In this document: positions 1 through 12,200 of the stretch, piece after piece
How positions within the stretch are numbered: position 1 is the first letter of the stretch
How the letters are laid out: the number at the start of each line of letters is the position of its first letter
Position numbers and translations under genes: made by a program
Notes under the pieces: model-generated
Database searches by the model: none
What the model saw: only the letters and a program-made list of their open reading frames with translations
What the model was told of the DNA's origin: nothing
Assembly: GCA_949358305.1 (NCBI GenBank)
Contig: OX442314.1
Span: 27,962,001-28,026,000 of the forward strand
Length of the DNA stretch: 64,000 nucleotides
From: Strigamia acuminata
Lineage: Eukaryota
Reading direction: 5' to 3'

Positions 1-1605
1 TGCTCTCACCCATACGATCGCTTTATCAAAGTTTGCCTAGATGCAATTGCTCACGAAATATTTAGGGTGGTTCAGACTTTTGAGACATCTTTGCTTTTTG
101 TTTGTTTCTTTGATCTTCACTAAGCCCGATAGCTGACATTCTGATCTGTCGCTGTCAATATATTGCTCATAAATGGGCTGATGCGGCAAGTAAACCCGTG
201 CAATAATAATAAATACCGGTTCTTGGTCACGCGACCATCTAATCGTTACGGCTGTGAGGCGGATGAAGACCTAAAAACCTCCCGCAATGATCACGGATTA
301 TTGTGATTGTCCCTGCCTATATAAGACCGTCTATATGGGAAGATGTACCCGCCAACAAATTCCGGGTGTGGACTGTGGATCAGCGCAATAAAATCCACCG
401 TCACGGCTCTGAGGCAAATGAAGGTGTCAAAACCTCCCGCGATGATTGTGGATCATCATCAATTATCCCTGCCAAAATTACTAATCCCTAACCTTTTGAT
501 TGCATTTTTCGTAGTATTTAGCTATGTTTCGATCTCGTACGACTATTTGTTTGAACGATTGTTTAAATCTCAGTGAATGCGGAGAATTATCCGCTTTCTT
601 GCTATGTGGCTGTTTGACCATGTAACGTTGTTGTTGTTGATACACCCGGGAATAAGCCACGACCATTTGAACATTGGAAAAAGAAACATCGCTCATTTAA
701 TCATCCATTTGTATACAGTTTGTGTTGTCAATGACAACAGCGCTCACACAATAAAGGTCTTTTGACTCTTTAATCAAACAATCAATCAATTATCTATCTG
801 TTTAAATCCACTCACAGTTGTGACAATGCCGCGAAGCCTGCCCTAATCCTCAGCCCGTCCGGACACTCAACCAGTAGATGCGACCCGTTTTACACAAGAT
901 TAGACCCGGAATCCTAGTTGTTTAACTAAAAAATGTAAACCTGTAATATTAGTCTTATTCTACAACAATTCACTTACTTCACAGACTTTGCATATCTCAC
1001 GTAGGTTATTGTTTAAGTAGCAATGTTGTCTTTATCTCTTTGGTAATGTAATATTACCATAAAAGGATAGAATCATCACAAGTTTTCCGAATAAGTGTCT
1101 TTTATTCTGAAAAACTAGTTTATTTACTACATGATCAGTTTTCCAGAAAAGTAAAATTTGCATTTTCACTATCTACAAGTAAACATGGTAATTGACACAC
1201 TTTTTTGATTGCTTGTTACCTTTAGTCGATAAAATGAGCTTGACATTTATTAATTCATTTAAATGGTATTTTATGGTTCTCAGTCACGACATATTTGTGG
1301 GATCAACGTACGGGAAGTTAATAAACACATAAAGTTAAGTTTATTTGCGTCGAATAGTTGCCAACGCAAATCAACAAACTAAGAATAACAAATAATAGTG
1401 GAATGATCTCGTTTAAATGGTGTGGTCGTCCCCTTCTCATGTCTGGTGAGCCTAAATATCTTAATCTTCAGAAAGCGACCACCAATTAGTCGGACATATT
1501 GACACAATCACCATTAAGTGTATCAATTTGATCGTATCTCTAGCACTTATCACAATTGATATAACAAAACCATAGTTCACTGAACTGTACGTAATTTTTA
1601 TTTGC

Positions 1606-4600
1606 ATGATGAACATTTCAAAAATACTTTTCTTCTACTTATTTTCTGGATCCATAAACATTTCAAACGGTAATATGTTAGAAGAAATTTTTTCTTTTTA
1701 ACTTCTAATGTATGCAAAGTGTATGTCTATTCATCTTTTCTATAAGCAGGAAAAAACAATCTGTCAGATAAATTTTCCTTTTCTGATTGTAATAATCAAC
1801 TCAATTCTCAATTATCTAATTTTGTACAAATCACGAATTCAAGGCGAATAATAATCATTTATCCAGACGATTACGGTAACTAAATTCCAAATTTAATTTT
1901 TTTTTATTTTTATTTTTCTAAATACCACTTTTTAAAATTTTAGCTCCTTACTGTTTATTGAAATTGATCCATTCCAACTGGACTGAATACATTGAAATAT
2001 CAGCACAACGATATACTAATACATCACTCGATTTAAATTACTCTCCTTTTCAGCTGATTCTGATTTGGACAGAAAGTTTTGAGCAAGTAAAGATGTTAGC
2101 TTAATTCCAAATAAACAAGCACTAGGTCGAGAATCCTAAAGTTAATTAATCGTCCATTTGGTATTACAATTTGTGGTGACTCTGAAAGAATCATCACTAG
2201 ACTTCGAATATTTATGCAAAATACAATTCGTTATATGCGCATAAAATATGCACCAAACATTCAATTTTATAAAAAAAAAAAAATTTATTCGAGTTAAATA
2301 ACAACTTAATGCTATTTCAAAGTGTTCTTGATTTAAATGAATTATAAGTAGTAATTACAATTCATTTTTTTCTATTTATTTTATTTCTTAAAACTTTTTC
2401 CAGACACTAAGTTAGTGACTTTCCCTGGTGTCTGTTTTTGGCAAAAGCCTCAGTTTTCCGAACGCAAGCATATGTATCTTAAACGATGCGTGTCTTAAAA
2501 AAAAATTGAGACATACATGTTCCGTATCGTTAAAAATGACACAAATCGCCGTTCTTTTCCAGGAAAAATGGCGATTTGTACATTTATTTCTGATTTTCGG
2601 AAAATATGCATTTATAGCCAATTTCGGCTTTTTATTGAATAAAAATAATTCCTATGCATTTATGCATTTATCCTAACCCTAATCATCAGTAAAAAAATCG
2701 TTCTTTAAGGAAGGATCATTTCCCTTTCCAGAATTCAAATAGAGTCGGATTACAATCAGACCTGAATTCCATGCAGTGTCGACCCAATGCTTGTCAATAA
2801 TCTGATAGCTCTTCCCCCGTATTGTTCACAATAGTTAAATTTAAAAACAAATCTCAATTATAGCTTGCTCATTATTATTCCATCACAACTGAAAACAAAA
2901 TAATGATGTTTGTCATAAAGGAAACACGTAAAACTGGACATCAAAACTTCGATGAAGTTTTGAACTTATTACAGGACCTAATCATATGGAGACAAAATAA
3001 AGTCTACTTACTCGCATATTTTCAGCACAGTAATGTATGAGTCAATGGTTAAAGGATGTTCATCTTATCATGAATTCACAAGATTCAGATCAAAAAACAA
3101 ACTCAAAATGGAAGTCATTTCAATTTTCTGCAGCCACTGAGCACACTTTCATGTTAAGACTCCCATTTCTTATTTTTACGTTCAATTTTGCATTTTAATA
3201 ATACATTTTTGGTCTAAAAAGTACATTTTTTGGTTTATTTTTGCCTCTGAGAAATATGGTATTGCAGGAAATTAGTGCAGAAAGTGTCAGTAATATAATT
3301 TACAATGATAAACAGCAGCTTGATCGAGCGTAAACTATTATCCATACCTCACTTCTGGCCAAAAATGTGCAAATGTTGCTGAAAAACGAGATTAACATTC
3401 ATTATGTTTCGCGTTCAAAATACTTGTACACAATTTAAATTAAAATTAAAATTAAAATATTTTTTCATTACATTAAATTTTAGAATTTTAGCTTGTCTGT
3501 ATTGGAATATCAATTTGATGAGTATAATTTTACAAAAACAAACTTGGGAATAAGTTGTGAAAATCAACAAACGTGCCAATTTCAATTAATGTCCCAAACA
3601 ACATTACTTCCAAAAAAAGAAAATTTCACTATCGGACAGGTAAATTAAAAATAGCATTTAATTTTCCATGTACTATTCCTTAATTTTTTACTTTTTAACT
3701 TCTACATAGAGAATTGTAAAGAAAGGAACCTTTGAACGCTTGCTATTCAAAGAAATTCTTCATCTCATAACCAATAAAACTGGAAATTTTGGGTAATGAT
3801 TTTGTTAAAGTTAATCAAAAGTTTAAAAAATTTTGTAGCTCGATAGCCATCTTTCGTCTTACAAAACATGCTGACAAAGTTGAAATGCTGATACAGAAAG
3901 TATGTTGAGTTGTTGACGACATTAATTAAACTATAGGTGCATTCAATAACTCATAAACGATCATTTAAACCCGTTTTAACGGGCTGAAAATTGAGACAAA
4001 AAATAATTGAATTCGCCAACTGTACCGCTTCAAACAAATGCATTATTTATTGACCCCCCCCCCCCCCGGCGCCTATTTTAAATCAAAAATTAGATATTTT
4101 CTAATTAATCACTAATAACTGCACTAAAATCACATATTATTTAGAAAAAATACTAATTTTTATGACGCATGACGCTTATTTAAACCGAGCGCTTATTGTC
4201 TACAACCCCTGGCAGAAAGTATGCGATACTTCTTTTGCCTCAAAAAATCAGTAGAAGAAGTTAGTAGCTGCATTCAAAATGCAGCTACTGTAAAAAAATC
4301 GGTGTTAAAGAATTAGATGACATCAATAAATGGCTAAATAATAACAACATTTAATCTAACTTTTGGCTACTTCCAAAAAAAAAAAAAATTCTGAGCTGAG
4401 CAATCCCATGTTTTCTTAACATGAGGTTGGAAAAAAGTATCAGATTGCTGCATGCAGTGAAAATAAGTATGCGATATTTCCTGTTGGACTAATATGCTGT
4501 ATATGAAATAAATCTATTTTTAATAATAAATTTCAGAATCTAAGTGCTATTATTACATAAGAAAATGTAAATCATAAAATTCTATTTACAGTTCATCTTT

Positions 4601-6679
4601 ATCTTTCGTTTTATTAGAAATGTGATACATATAGAACAGGATTTGGAATCAGTGCTGATCGTTTGCTCAATTGCGACTTCGTAATTTTTCCTACCAAGAC
4701 AGACACATTTGCATTAGTCATGCGACAAGACAGCAACATTAACGAATACTTATGGATGACATTTTTCAAACCATTTCCCCTGGATGTTTGGTTATGTATT
4801 CTAGCCTCATGTGTCATCATTGAACTAGCTCTGGCTATGATAACGAAATATTATAACCATTCAACATCAACTTCAGGTAGTATCACAATGTTATTGCTAA
4901 CAATAACATTGTTAGCAAATCCAAAAGTTATTGTTTTTATTATTTTTCAAAGCTTATACAATTACTGGAACAAAAAAGTTGTTTATTATGCTAATTATGT
5001 TAAGCTACAGTGTGGTATTGTACGCATCACTCACTGTTACTACATCACGACTTCAATACAACAGTATTCAAGACGTATTGTTGGACACCAAAGTCAACTT
5101 ATACTCTTTTGGAAACCTTTTTGTCTACAAGCACATCAAGGTAATGAAAAAAATATCAAACACCACACAACTTGGATTATTATTACCAATCTCGTTGGTA
5201 ATGGAAATACGATTAACACATTCGGAGGCATTGCACAGTTTGCAGCAGTTACTTTTTCCTTATAAAAACCCTCGTTACGCCTATAGGCATAGTGAAAAAC
5301 TTATATCTCCATCGGAGCTTACACTATTTCTGAAAATAGCGTAGCCAATCTGGTAGTTTTCCACTATTTACGTCACTGACTCAAAATTTGGATTATCAAT
5401 GACCTCTTTCGCCGCCATTTTGAATTCTCTGCTCCATTCACGTGCGGACACATGTTATGGTTTCGGTTTATCTAATTGTTTCTGCTTTGGATTCATTTAA
5501 ATTCACAATAATAAAATTGCAGCATTGTATTAAAACATTTAAAACAAGAATTCTCTCTTTTTATGCTAACAAGACAATACTACTTTCAATAATCACGTGA
5601 CATGTATAAGGTTAAGTCTAATTTTGTAACTATCACATGAAATTTCAACCGCAACCCAAACCATAACACATTTACCGTACACTAAATATAGTGTAAAAAA
5701 TGTCATAATTGTAAAGAAAAAGTACCTGCCACAAACTGTGTAATTTGCGATTCTGTTAAACCTATTGTCTTTTTTTTGTCCTGGTGCCATGCCCTGAAAG
5801 TGCAGCAATGTAGTCTAACCTTGATATTTATGTTGTACAATATGTTCATTGCAATGACGGTCTGATGATTTCAGAATGATAAACTCTTCTCAAGACATTT
5901 TTTCTTAATTGCAGACTGCAGAAACAAACCTTGCACATGAAATTTGGGATCGTATGGAAAAAAGTCCCAATAAAGGAAACATATCAGATGAGGATACTGA
6001 AGTAGTTCTTTCGAATAATTACAATGCCATCATCAGTACATACGTTAAACTGAAGACGCTATACCAATCAAACTGCACATTGCATCATTTAAAAATTCCG
6101 ATTGCTTATTTAGGATATTATATTTTTAATAAAAATTCAAAATATGTAGATTCATTTAATCAGAAGTAAGTATTGCAGGTAAATAAAAATGTGTTACAAT
6201 TTTAACATTAAACTCCAATTATACATTTCAGCATTTTGAAGTTAAAAGAAACAGGGATCATAAACAAAGTTAGCGATCAGTTAAAGCCAGCAACATCATG
6301 CGAAAAAACAACTTATGTCCGAAAACCCATTTCTATTTATCACACAATCACAGCATTCGCAATTGTCATTGGAGGAGTTTTCGTGTCTGCAATAACAAGT
6401 CTCTTGGAATTTCTTTTGTACAAAGTTTTAATCTGGCACCATGCAAACATAATAGAATTGCTGCGTCTACCCACATTAGCAAATATAATTACATATCAAT
6501 ATAATTACCATTCCACTTCATTAAAATCACGGATTTTCTTGGAATTTCAAAACAGCAAAGATCAAGATCAATTGGCAACTTGCATGTCCGATCATCCTAC
6601 CGGCACGTTTTATCAAGAGGGAGCGGTAGCGCCCCCCTCAACTCCCACAAACCAAACCTTATATTCATATTTATATTAA
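1606..6679 (+). CDS. Ionotropic receptor (IR/iGluR-like), array copy 1, ~650 aa, 11 exons
   Basis: GT-AG exons 1606-1669, 1747-1875, 1944-2086, 2864-3034, 3484-3639, 3710-3792, 3839-3899, 4618-4876, 4953-5140, 5915-6165, 6232-6679 join into one open frame (1953 nt). Hydrophobic N-terminus; S1 motif FGISADRLLNCDF (cf. ITxER..DF); pre-M1/M1 FFKPFPLDVWLCIL; M3 SYSVVLYASLTV (cf. SYTANLAAFLT); S2 NSKYVDSFNQNILKLKETGII; M4 AFAIVIGGVFVSAITSLLE. Confidence 0.88.
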
Positions 6680-6896
6680 TCACTTGAAAAGGAGTGTATT
6701 GAATTGACACATCATGTGTCAATGTTTGATTAGCAAATGAATCCATTGTGACAGCCATGCTCTTAGCCAGGGCAACTAGGGGACCAGTTACCCTGGTGTG
6801 AGATGCAGGCTCACGAAAATAAATAAGACAAGGACTCCAGATTGTTGGATTGTTAGCCTTTAATTCGTTTGTCTAGAGATCGGAATCACAGTCTAC

Positions 6897-7367
6897 TAAG
6901 CTTGTTAACCCGATCCGATCCGATCCGCTAATCCGCGGATTTGATCCGCTCGGATCGGATGCGGATGGTTTTTTGACTGATCCGCCTGCGGATCGGATCG
7001 GATCGGTGACCAATCCGAGCTGCGGATTGATCCGAGCGATCCGCCATTAAAAAAAAAATTAATTTACGTGTTTTTTTCGAATAACAACGAAATTACAACT
7101 GTTTACAATACAATTAACAATAAGTTATGGTTAATTGTATTGTAAACACTTGTAATTCCGTTGTTATTCGGAAATAAACACAATCAAAAAAGAAAAAATC
7201 TGCGGATTGATCCGCAATCCGCGGATTGATTGCAGATCGGATTGGATCGGATCGGCCAATCAGGGAATGCGGATCGGATCGGATCTGCATTTTCCGATCC
7301 GCACTATTTTCGGATCGGATGCGGATTGGCCAGAAATCCGATCCAATCCGATCCGTTAACAAGCTTA
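6897..7367. mobile_element. hAT-type non-autonomous element (MITE)
   Basis: TIR TAAGCTTGTTAAC / GTTAACAAGCTTA, perfect 8-bp TSD CAGTCTAC (6889-6896 / 7368-7375), many subterminal GATCC/GGATC pentamers. Confidence 0.9.
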
Positions 7368-7813
7368 CAGTCTACCTATGTGCTAGAAGTCCCGCTTGGG
7401 CACGCTACACCAGCAACCAACCCGTCACACACAAGAGAATCCCCATGAATGACGTGGTCGGTATGCTTGACTATTCCGACATACTTACCCCATTTGAATT
7501 TGTTTAAGATATTGCAGCTTTTTATCATCTTAAACTTGATTTATCTGTTTGGATTTGCATTTTACTGTTTAAAGATGCCTTTTTACATTTTCCTCCCAAA
7601 TTATTGTTTTGTTGTCTGAACAATGCATAATTGTCATCTAAACTATTTATAGTTAATTTATTCTGCCATAAAGACTACTTTAATTAATTAATCAGAAAAG
7701 TGAATCGAATAAAAATTGTAAAAAGCATACATAAATGTATTTCACATTAAAAAGAATTAAAAACAGTTTGGCTGGTTCAGAGGTATGCAGTTAGTCATTC
7801 AATCTATTAGCTA

Positions 7814-8225
7814 TTACCATGTTTACATGTATTCACTTATCCAGATAAGTGAAAATGCGAAATTTACTTTTCTGGAAAACTGATCATGTAAACAAATCAG
7901 TTTTCCAGAAAAATCAAACTTATCTGGAAAACTAAAATCCACTTGTTTGAGGTAGATTTTGGGTGTTTTGCGCATTGCCATTTACAATGTAAACACCCAC
8001 TCATTACTTATCTAGAAAAGCTGACGTCACAACAATGCTGTGACATGTTGTTTCTGCGCAGTGCATTGTGGAAGATTAATGCGCATGTTTAACAGAGAGT
8101 TAAAAACGTCTTATGACGTCACCTTTGTTATAAAACTGATTCTTTGTAAACGCATGCAGTTTTCCACAAAAGTAATATTCGCATTTTCACTTATCTGGAT
8201 AAGTGAGTGCATGTAAACATGGTAA
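7814..8225. mobile_element. MITE with ~55-bp TIRs
   Basis: TTACCATGTTTACATG..CACTTATCCAGATAAGTGAAAATGCGAA versus its reverse complement at 8170-8225. A degraded related copy lies at ~1080-1192. Confidence 0.75.
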
Positions 8226-9223
8226 CTGACGCTTGGTGTAAATACGTGACCTGGATCAGATGGTGGATCCCAACAAAGGAAACTCAGTCTAAGAAAATAC
8301 AAACTTCAGTATCAGGCAATGATTGTTTAAAGTTTATTGATAATTTTTTTAATAAAAATTAGAGTGCTTTAGTCCGTGCAGTTTGGTTAGTAGTTTTCAT
8401 CATTTGTGGCACCATTTTCTGTTATCAAACAATGGAAAGAATTCAATACTACTTTCAAGGACATTTCATAGTTGAAATCGAATATGTTCCAAGAGGTGAA
8501 ATAACGTTCCCAGAAATGATGAACAGTAGTGGTCATAAAAATCGCTTCAGTCCAGCTTGAAGCTCACCTGCTGAATGAGCGTTATCGGCGGTAGCCACCA
8601 GATAGTGCAAAAACTCACTGATAAGTTGTGACAAATTGAAATTTAAACAATGTCACACAATCACCTTCCAACCATGGGTTTAAATGGCTAATAAAATAAA
8701 ATAAAAAATTCACATCATCTCAGGCCAGTCCAGACAATAGACCTGCCGCCTGTGTAGTATTGTGTACGGCGGCCTACTACTAGAAATGAATCACGATGGA
8801 AAAGCCAAAAAGAAAATGTAAAAATGGATAAAGGCCATTTGAAATGATAAATTAATACTGGTTTATTTGTTTTAGATGCAATTTTGAATTGGATTTTGTG
8901 GTTCATCAAAACATTATTTAAATTGTGTGCTGTATAGTCGATATATCGACCAAACACCGATAAAATGAGCCGGACCAATATTTCCTTGCATAAAATAATA
9001 TTTTATGGTTCTCAGTCTTGTACAGTAACGACATATTTGTCGGATGTATGCACCGGATGCTGATACACATAAACTGCCATCGAGTAGACACTTAACAGTT
9101 GCCAACGCAAATCAACAAACCACGAATAATAAACAACAGTCTAATCAAGTCATTTAAATAGTGAGGTTGTGCTTCCTTTCTAATGAAGGGTGCACCTAAA
9201 ACCTAAATCTTAAGATCATTTGC

Positions 9224-12200
9224 ATGATGGGTATTTCAAGAATATTGATCTTCTACTTATTCTCTGGATGCATAAACATTTCAAACGGTAAAGTATTCAA
9301 AATAATTAAGTAATTTAAAGAATTATATAAATTAAAGAGTATAACCATCTTTTTTTTAAGCATTGGAAGATAAATTTTCACATAAATTTACCGTTTCTGA
9401 TTGTAATCAACTCAATTTTCAATTATTTAAAATTCTACAAATCACAAATTCAAGGCGAATACTCATCATTTATCACGATGATTACGGCAAGTAAATTTCA
9501 AATTTAATTTTCTTTTGATATTTCTAAACACAAATTTTTATAATTTTAGCCCCACACTGTTTGTCGAAATTATTCCATTCTAATTGGACCAAAAACATTG
9601 AATTATCAGCACAACAATTTACTAATACATCACTCGATCTTAATTACGCTCCTTTTCAGCTGATTCTGATTTGGGCAAGCAGTTTTGAGCAAGTAAAGAT
9701 TTTATGACACTTCCAAGTCAACAAGCACTAGGTGGAAAGTCCCTTAAGCTAGTTAGTCTTACACTTGTTATTACAAATTGTGGTGACTGGAAAAAAATTC
9801 ATTCCATTATCAGTGAGTGGATAGAACGAAAAACGCTGATTCTGCAGGTGAGCTTCAAGCTGGAATGGGATGATTTCTATGTCTAAGGCTGTTCTTGTAC
9901 GTCTTCTAACAGTAGAATCTCGGAGTTACTGAGTAGAGGGCGATACAAATTGGCAAAACTATGGTAGTGACTAGGTTAACCTGTCAGTTTGCCACAAACC
10001 TATTAATTGACAGTCACATTTGTCAACCTCGTGCTGTGTCGACCAAATGTTTGTCGATCCCCCATATTATTCACAATAATTAAATTTAAAAACAAATCTT
10101 CATTATAGCTTGCTCATTATTATTCCATCTCAATTGAAAACAAAGTATTGGTATTTGTCATCAAGGACACAGGAGAAACTGGACATCATAACCATGATCT
10201 AGATTTGAACTTATTACAGGATCTAATCACATGGAGACAAAATAAAGTCTACCTACTGACATATTTTCCAGACAATAATGTGAGTCAATAGTTGTTAAAG
10301 GTTTATGTACCGTATATGTGTAAATAGCGCACCCGTGCGCTATTAGAAAATTTTTTTTTTACCTGCGCGCTATTTGAGGCCCGTGCGCTATTTAGGGCCC
10401 GCGGTTTATTCCGAGTTGGAAAAAAGCATCGGCCAATTTGCGACGAAAATCAGCAAAACAGTGTGATAAATGGAACGTTTTGCATATGTTTCGGTAATTT
10501 CTACTGAAACATATGCAAAACGTTCCATTTATCATCCTTTTTCGGCACATTTCAAAAATTTTCAGCCTACAATTGGAACGTTTCCGAGACGTAACAACAA
10601 TTATGGTACGTTTTGGAAACGTAACAATTGGCCCCGCGCGCTAAACGAGGCCCGCGCCTTATTTGTAAAAATCATTTTGACCCCGCGTATTAATTAAGGT
10701 CCGCGGGCTATTAAAGGCCCGCGTATTAATCGATAATATACGGTATGTGCACTCATCTTATCATGAATTCATGAGTATCAAATCCAAAAAATCTACAAAA
10801 AAAGGAAATCAGTTCTCTGCAATGGTGCTGAGTGATGCTGAGAATATTAACATTCACTAGGCACATTCAATAACTCATAAACGACCTAAGTAGGTCGTTT
10901 AAATCTTTGTGTAACGAGTTTTCTCGTTCAAATCGCACATTTAGGCCACCATCAAAGATTTTCCTTAGATTGATTGCGACGATTGGCAGTCTAAGTACAA
11001 TTTTGGAGCATTTGTTGTGAGTAAACAACAATATTAAACATCACTTCAGTAATTATTAGGACTGGAAACAATTGAAAAAACCAAGAAAAGTAAAATCTAA
11101 AAAAAAAAAATACCCGTATGCGGAAAGATGATCTGGAATCCCTGATCAAGTTTGGCAGTGAAACAATCGTTAATTTACCATTCAGAAACAAAACATTTTG
11201 TCTAAAAATTCGGTTGAGACGAAGGTTTAAACGAAAAGTCATTGAATGAGCTTACTATATTCGACAATCGAAATAATAACACAATTTACACTATTAAGGT
11301 TACTGTAATATATCTTTTTCTTTACGTTAAATTACAGAATGTTAGCTTGTTTGCATTGATATATCAATTTGATGACAATATTTTTACAAAAACAAACTTG
11401 GACATTAGTTGTTCAAAACAACAAATATGCCAATTTCAAATAATTTCCCAAACAATATTAATTCTAAAAAAAGAAAATTTTACTATAGGACAGGTAAATT
11501 AAGCGTTAATAATTGCAAATGATATTCCTGTAATTGTTATTTTGTAACATCTGTACAGAGAAATAACGAAACAAAATCCTTTGATCATATATTATTCGAA
11601 GAAATTCTACATCGTATAATCCAAAAAATGGGTAATTTTTGGTAATGATTTTCTTAATATATCAATAAACACCTTTACAGTAACTAAACCAAACCTTTAA
11701 ACTAACTTATAGCTCAAAAACCATCTTTAATCATTCAAAAAATGCTGACAATATTGAAAAACTGGAGCAGAAAGTATGTTGATAACATTAGTTAATAAGT
11801 TAATATCAATAACAATTCTGAACGGACCACAAATACACACAAGGATATTTCCTATTATATCCATTAAATGAGATAAATCTATTATTGTATTTTTAATAAT
11901 AAATTTCAGAATCTAAGTGCTATTATTACATAAGAGAATGTAAATTATATTTAGAGTTCACTTTTTCTTTCGATTTATTAGCAAGTTGATACATACAGAA
12001 CTGCATTTGGATTCAGTGCAGATCGTATTCTCAAAAGCGACTTCGTAGTTTTTCCCACCAGGACAGACACATTTGCATTAGTCTTGCGACAACCCAACGA
12101 CATCAAAGAATACTCATGGATGACATTTTTCAAACCATTTCCGATGATTGTTTGGTTGTGTATTTTAGCTACTTATTTTGTCATGGCACTGTCTGAAACT

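Noticed and set aside
1..880. Degenerate coding or retroelement-like segment with a ~70-bp direct repeat (~249-318 / ~405-474)
   Set aside because: All frames are interrupted, with no recognisable motif or defined boundaries; too weak to call.
6747..7429. Possible solo LTR (TGTGAC...GTCACA) hosting the hAT MITE
   Set aside because: Flanks show no matching TSD and there is no second copy in the window.
7114..7507. ORFs rich in DRIGSD / IRSDP
   Set aside because: Translation artefacts of the GATCC pentamer repeats in the hAT MITE.
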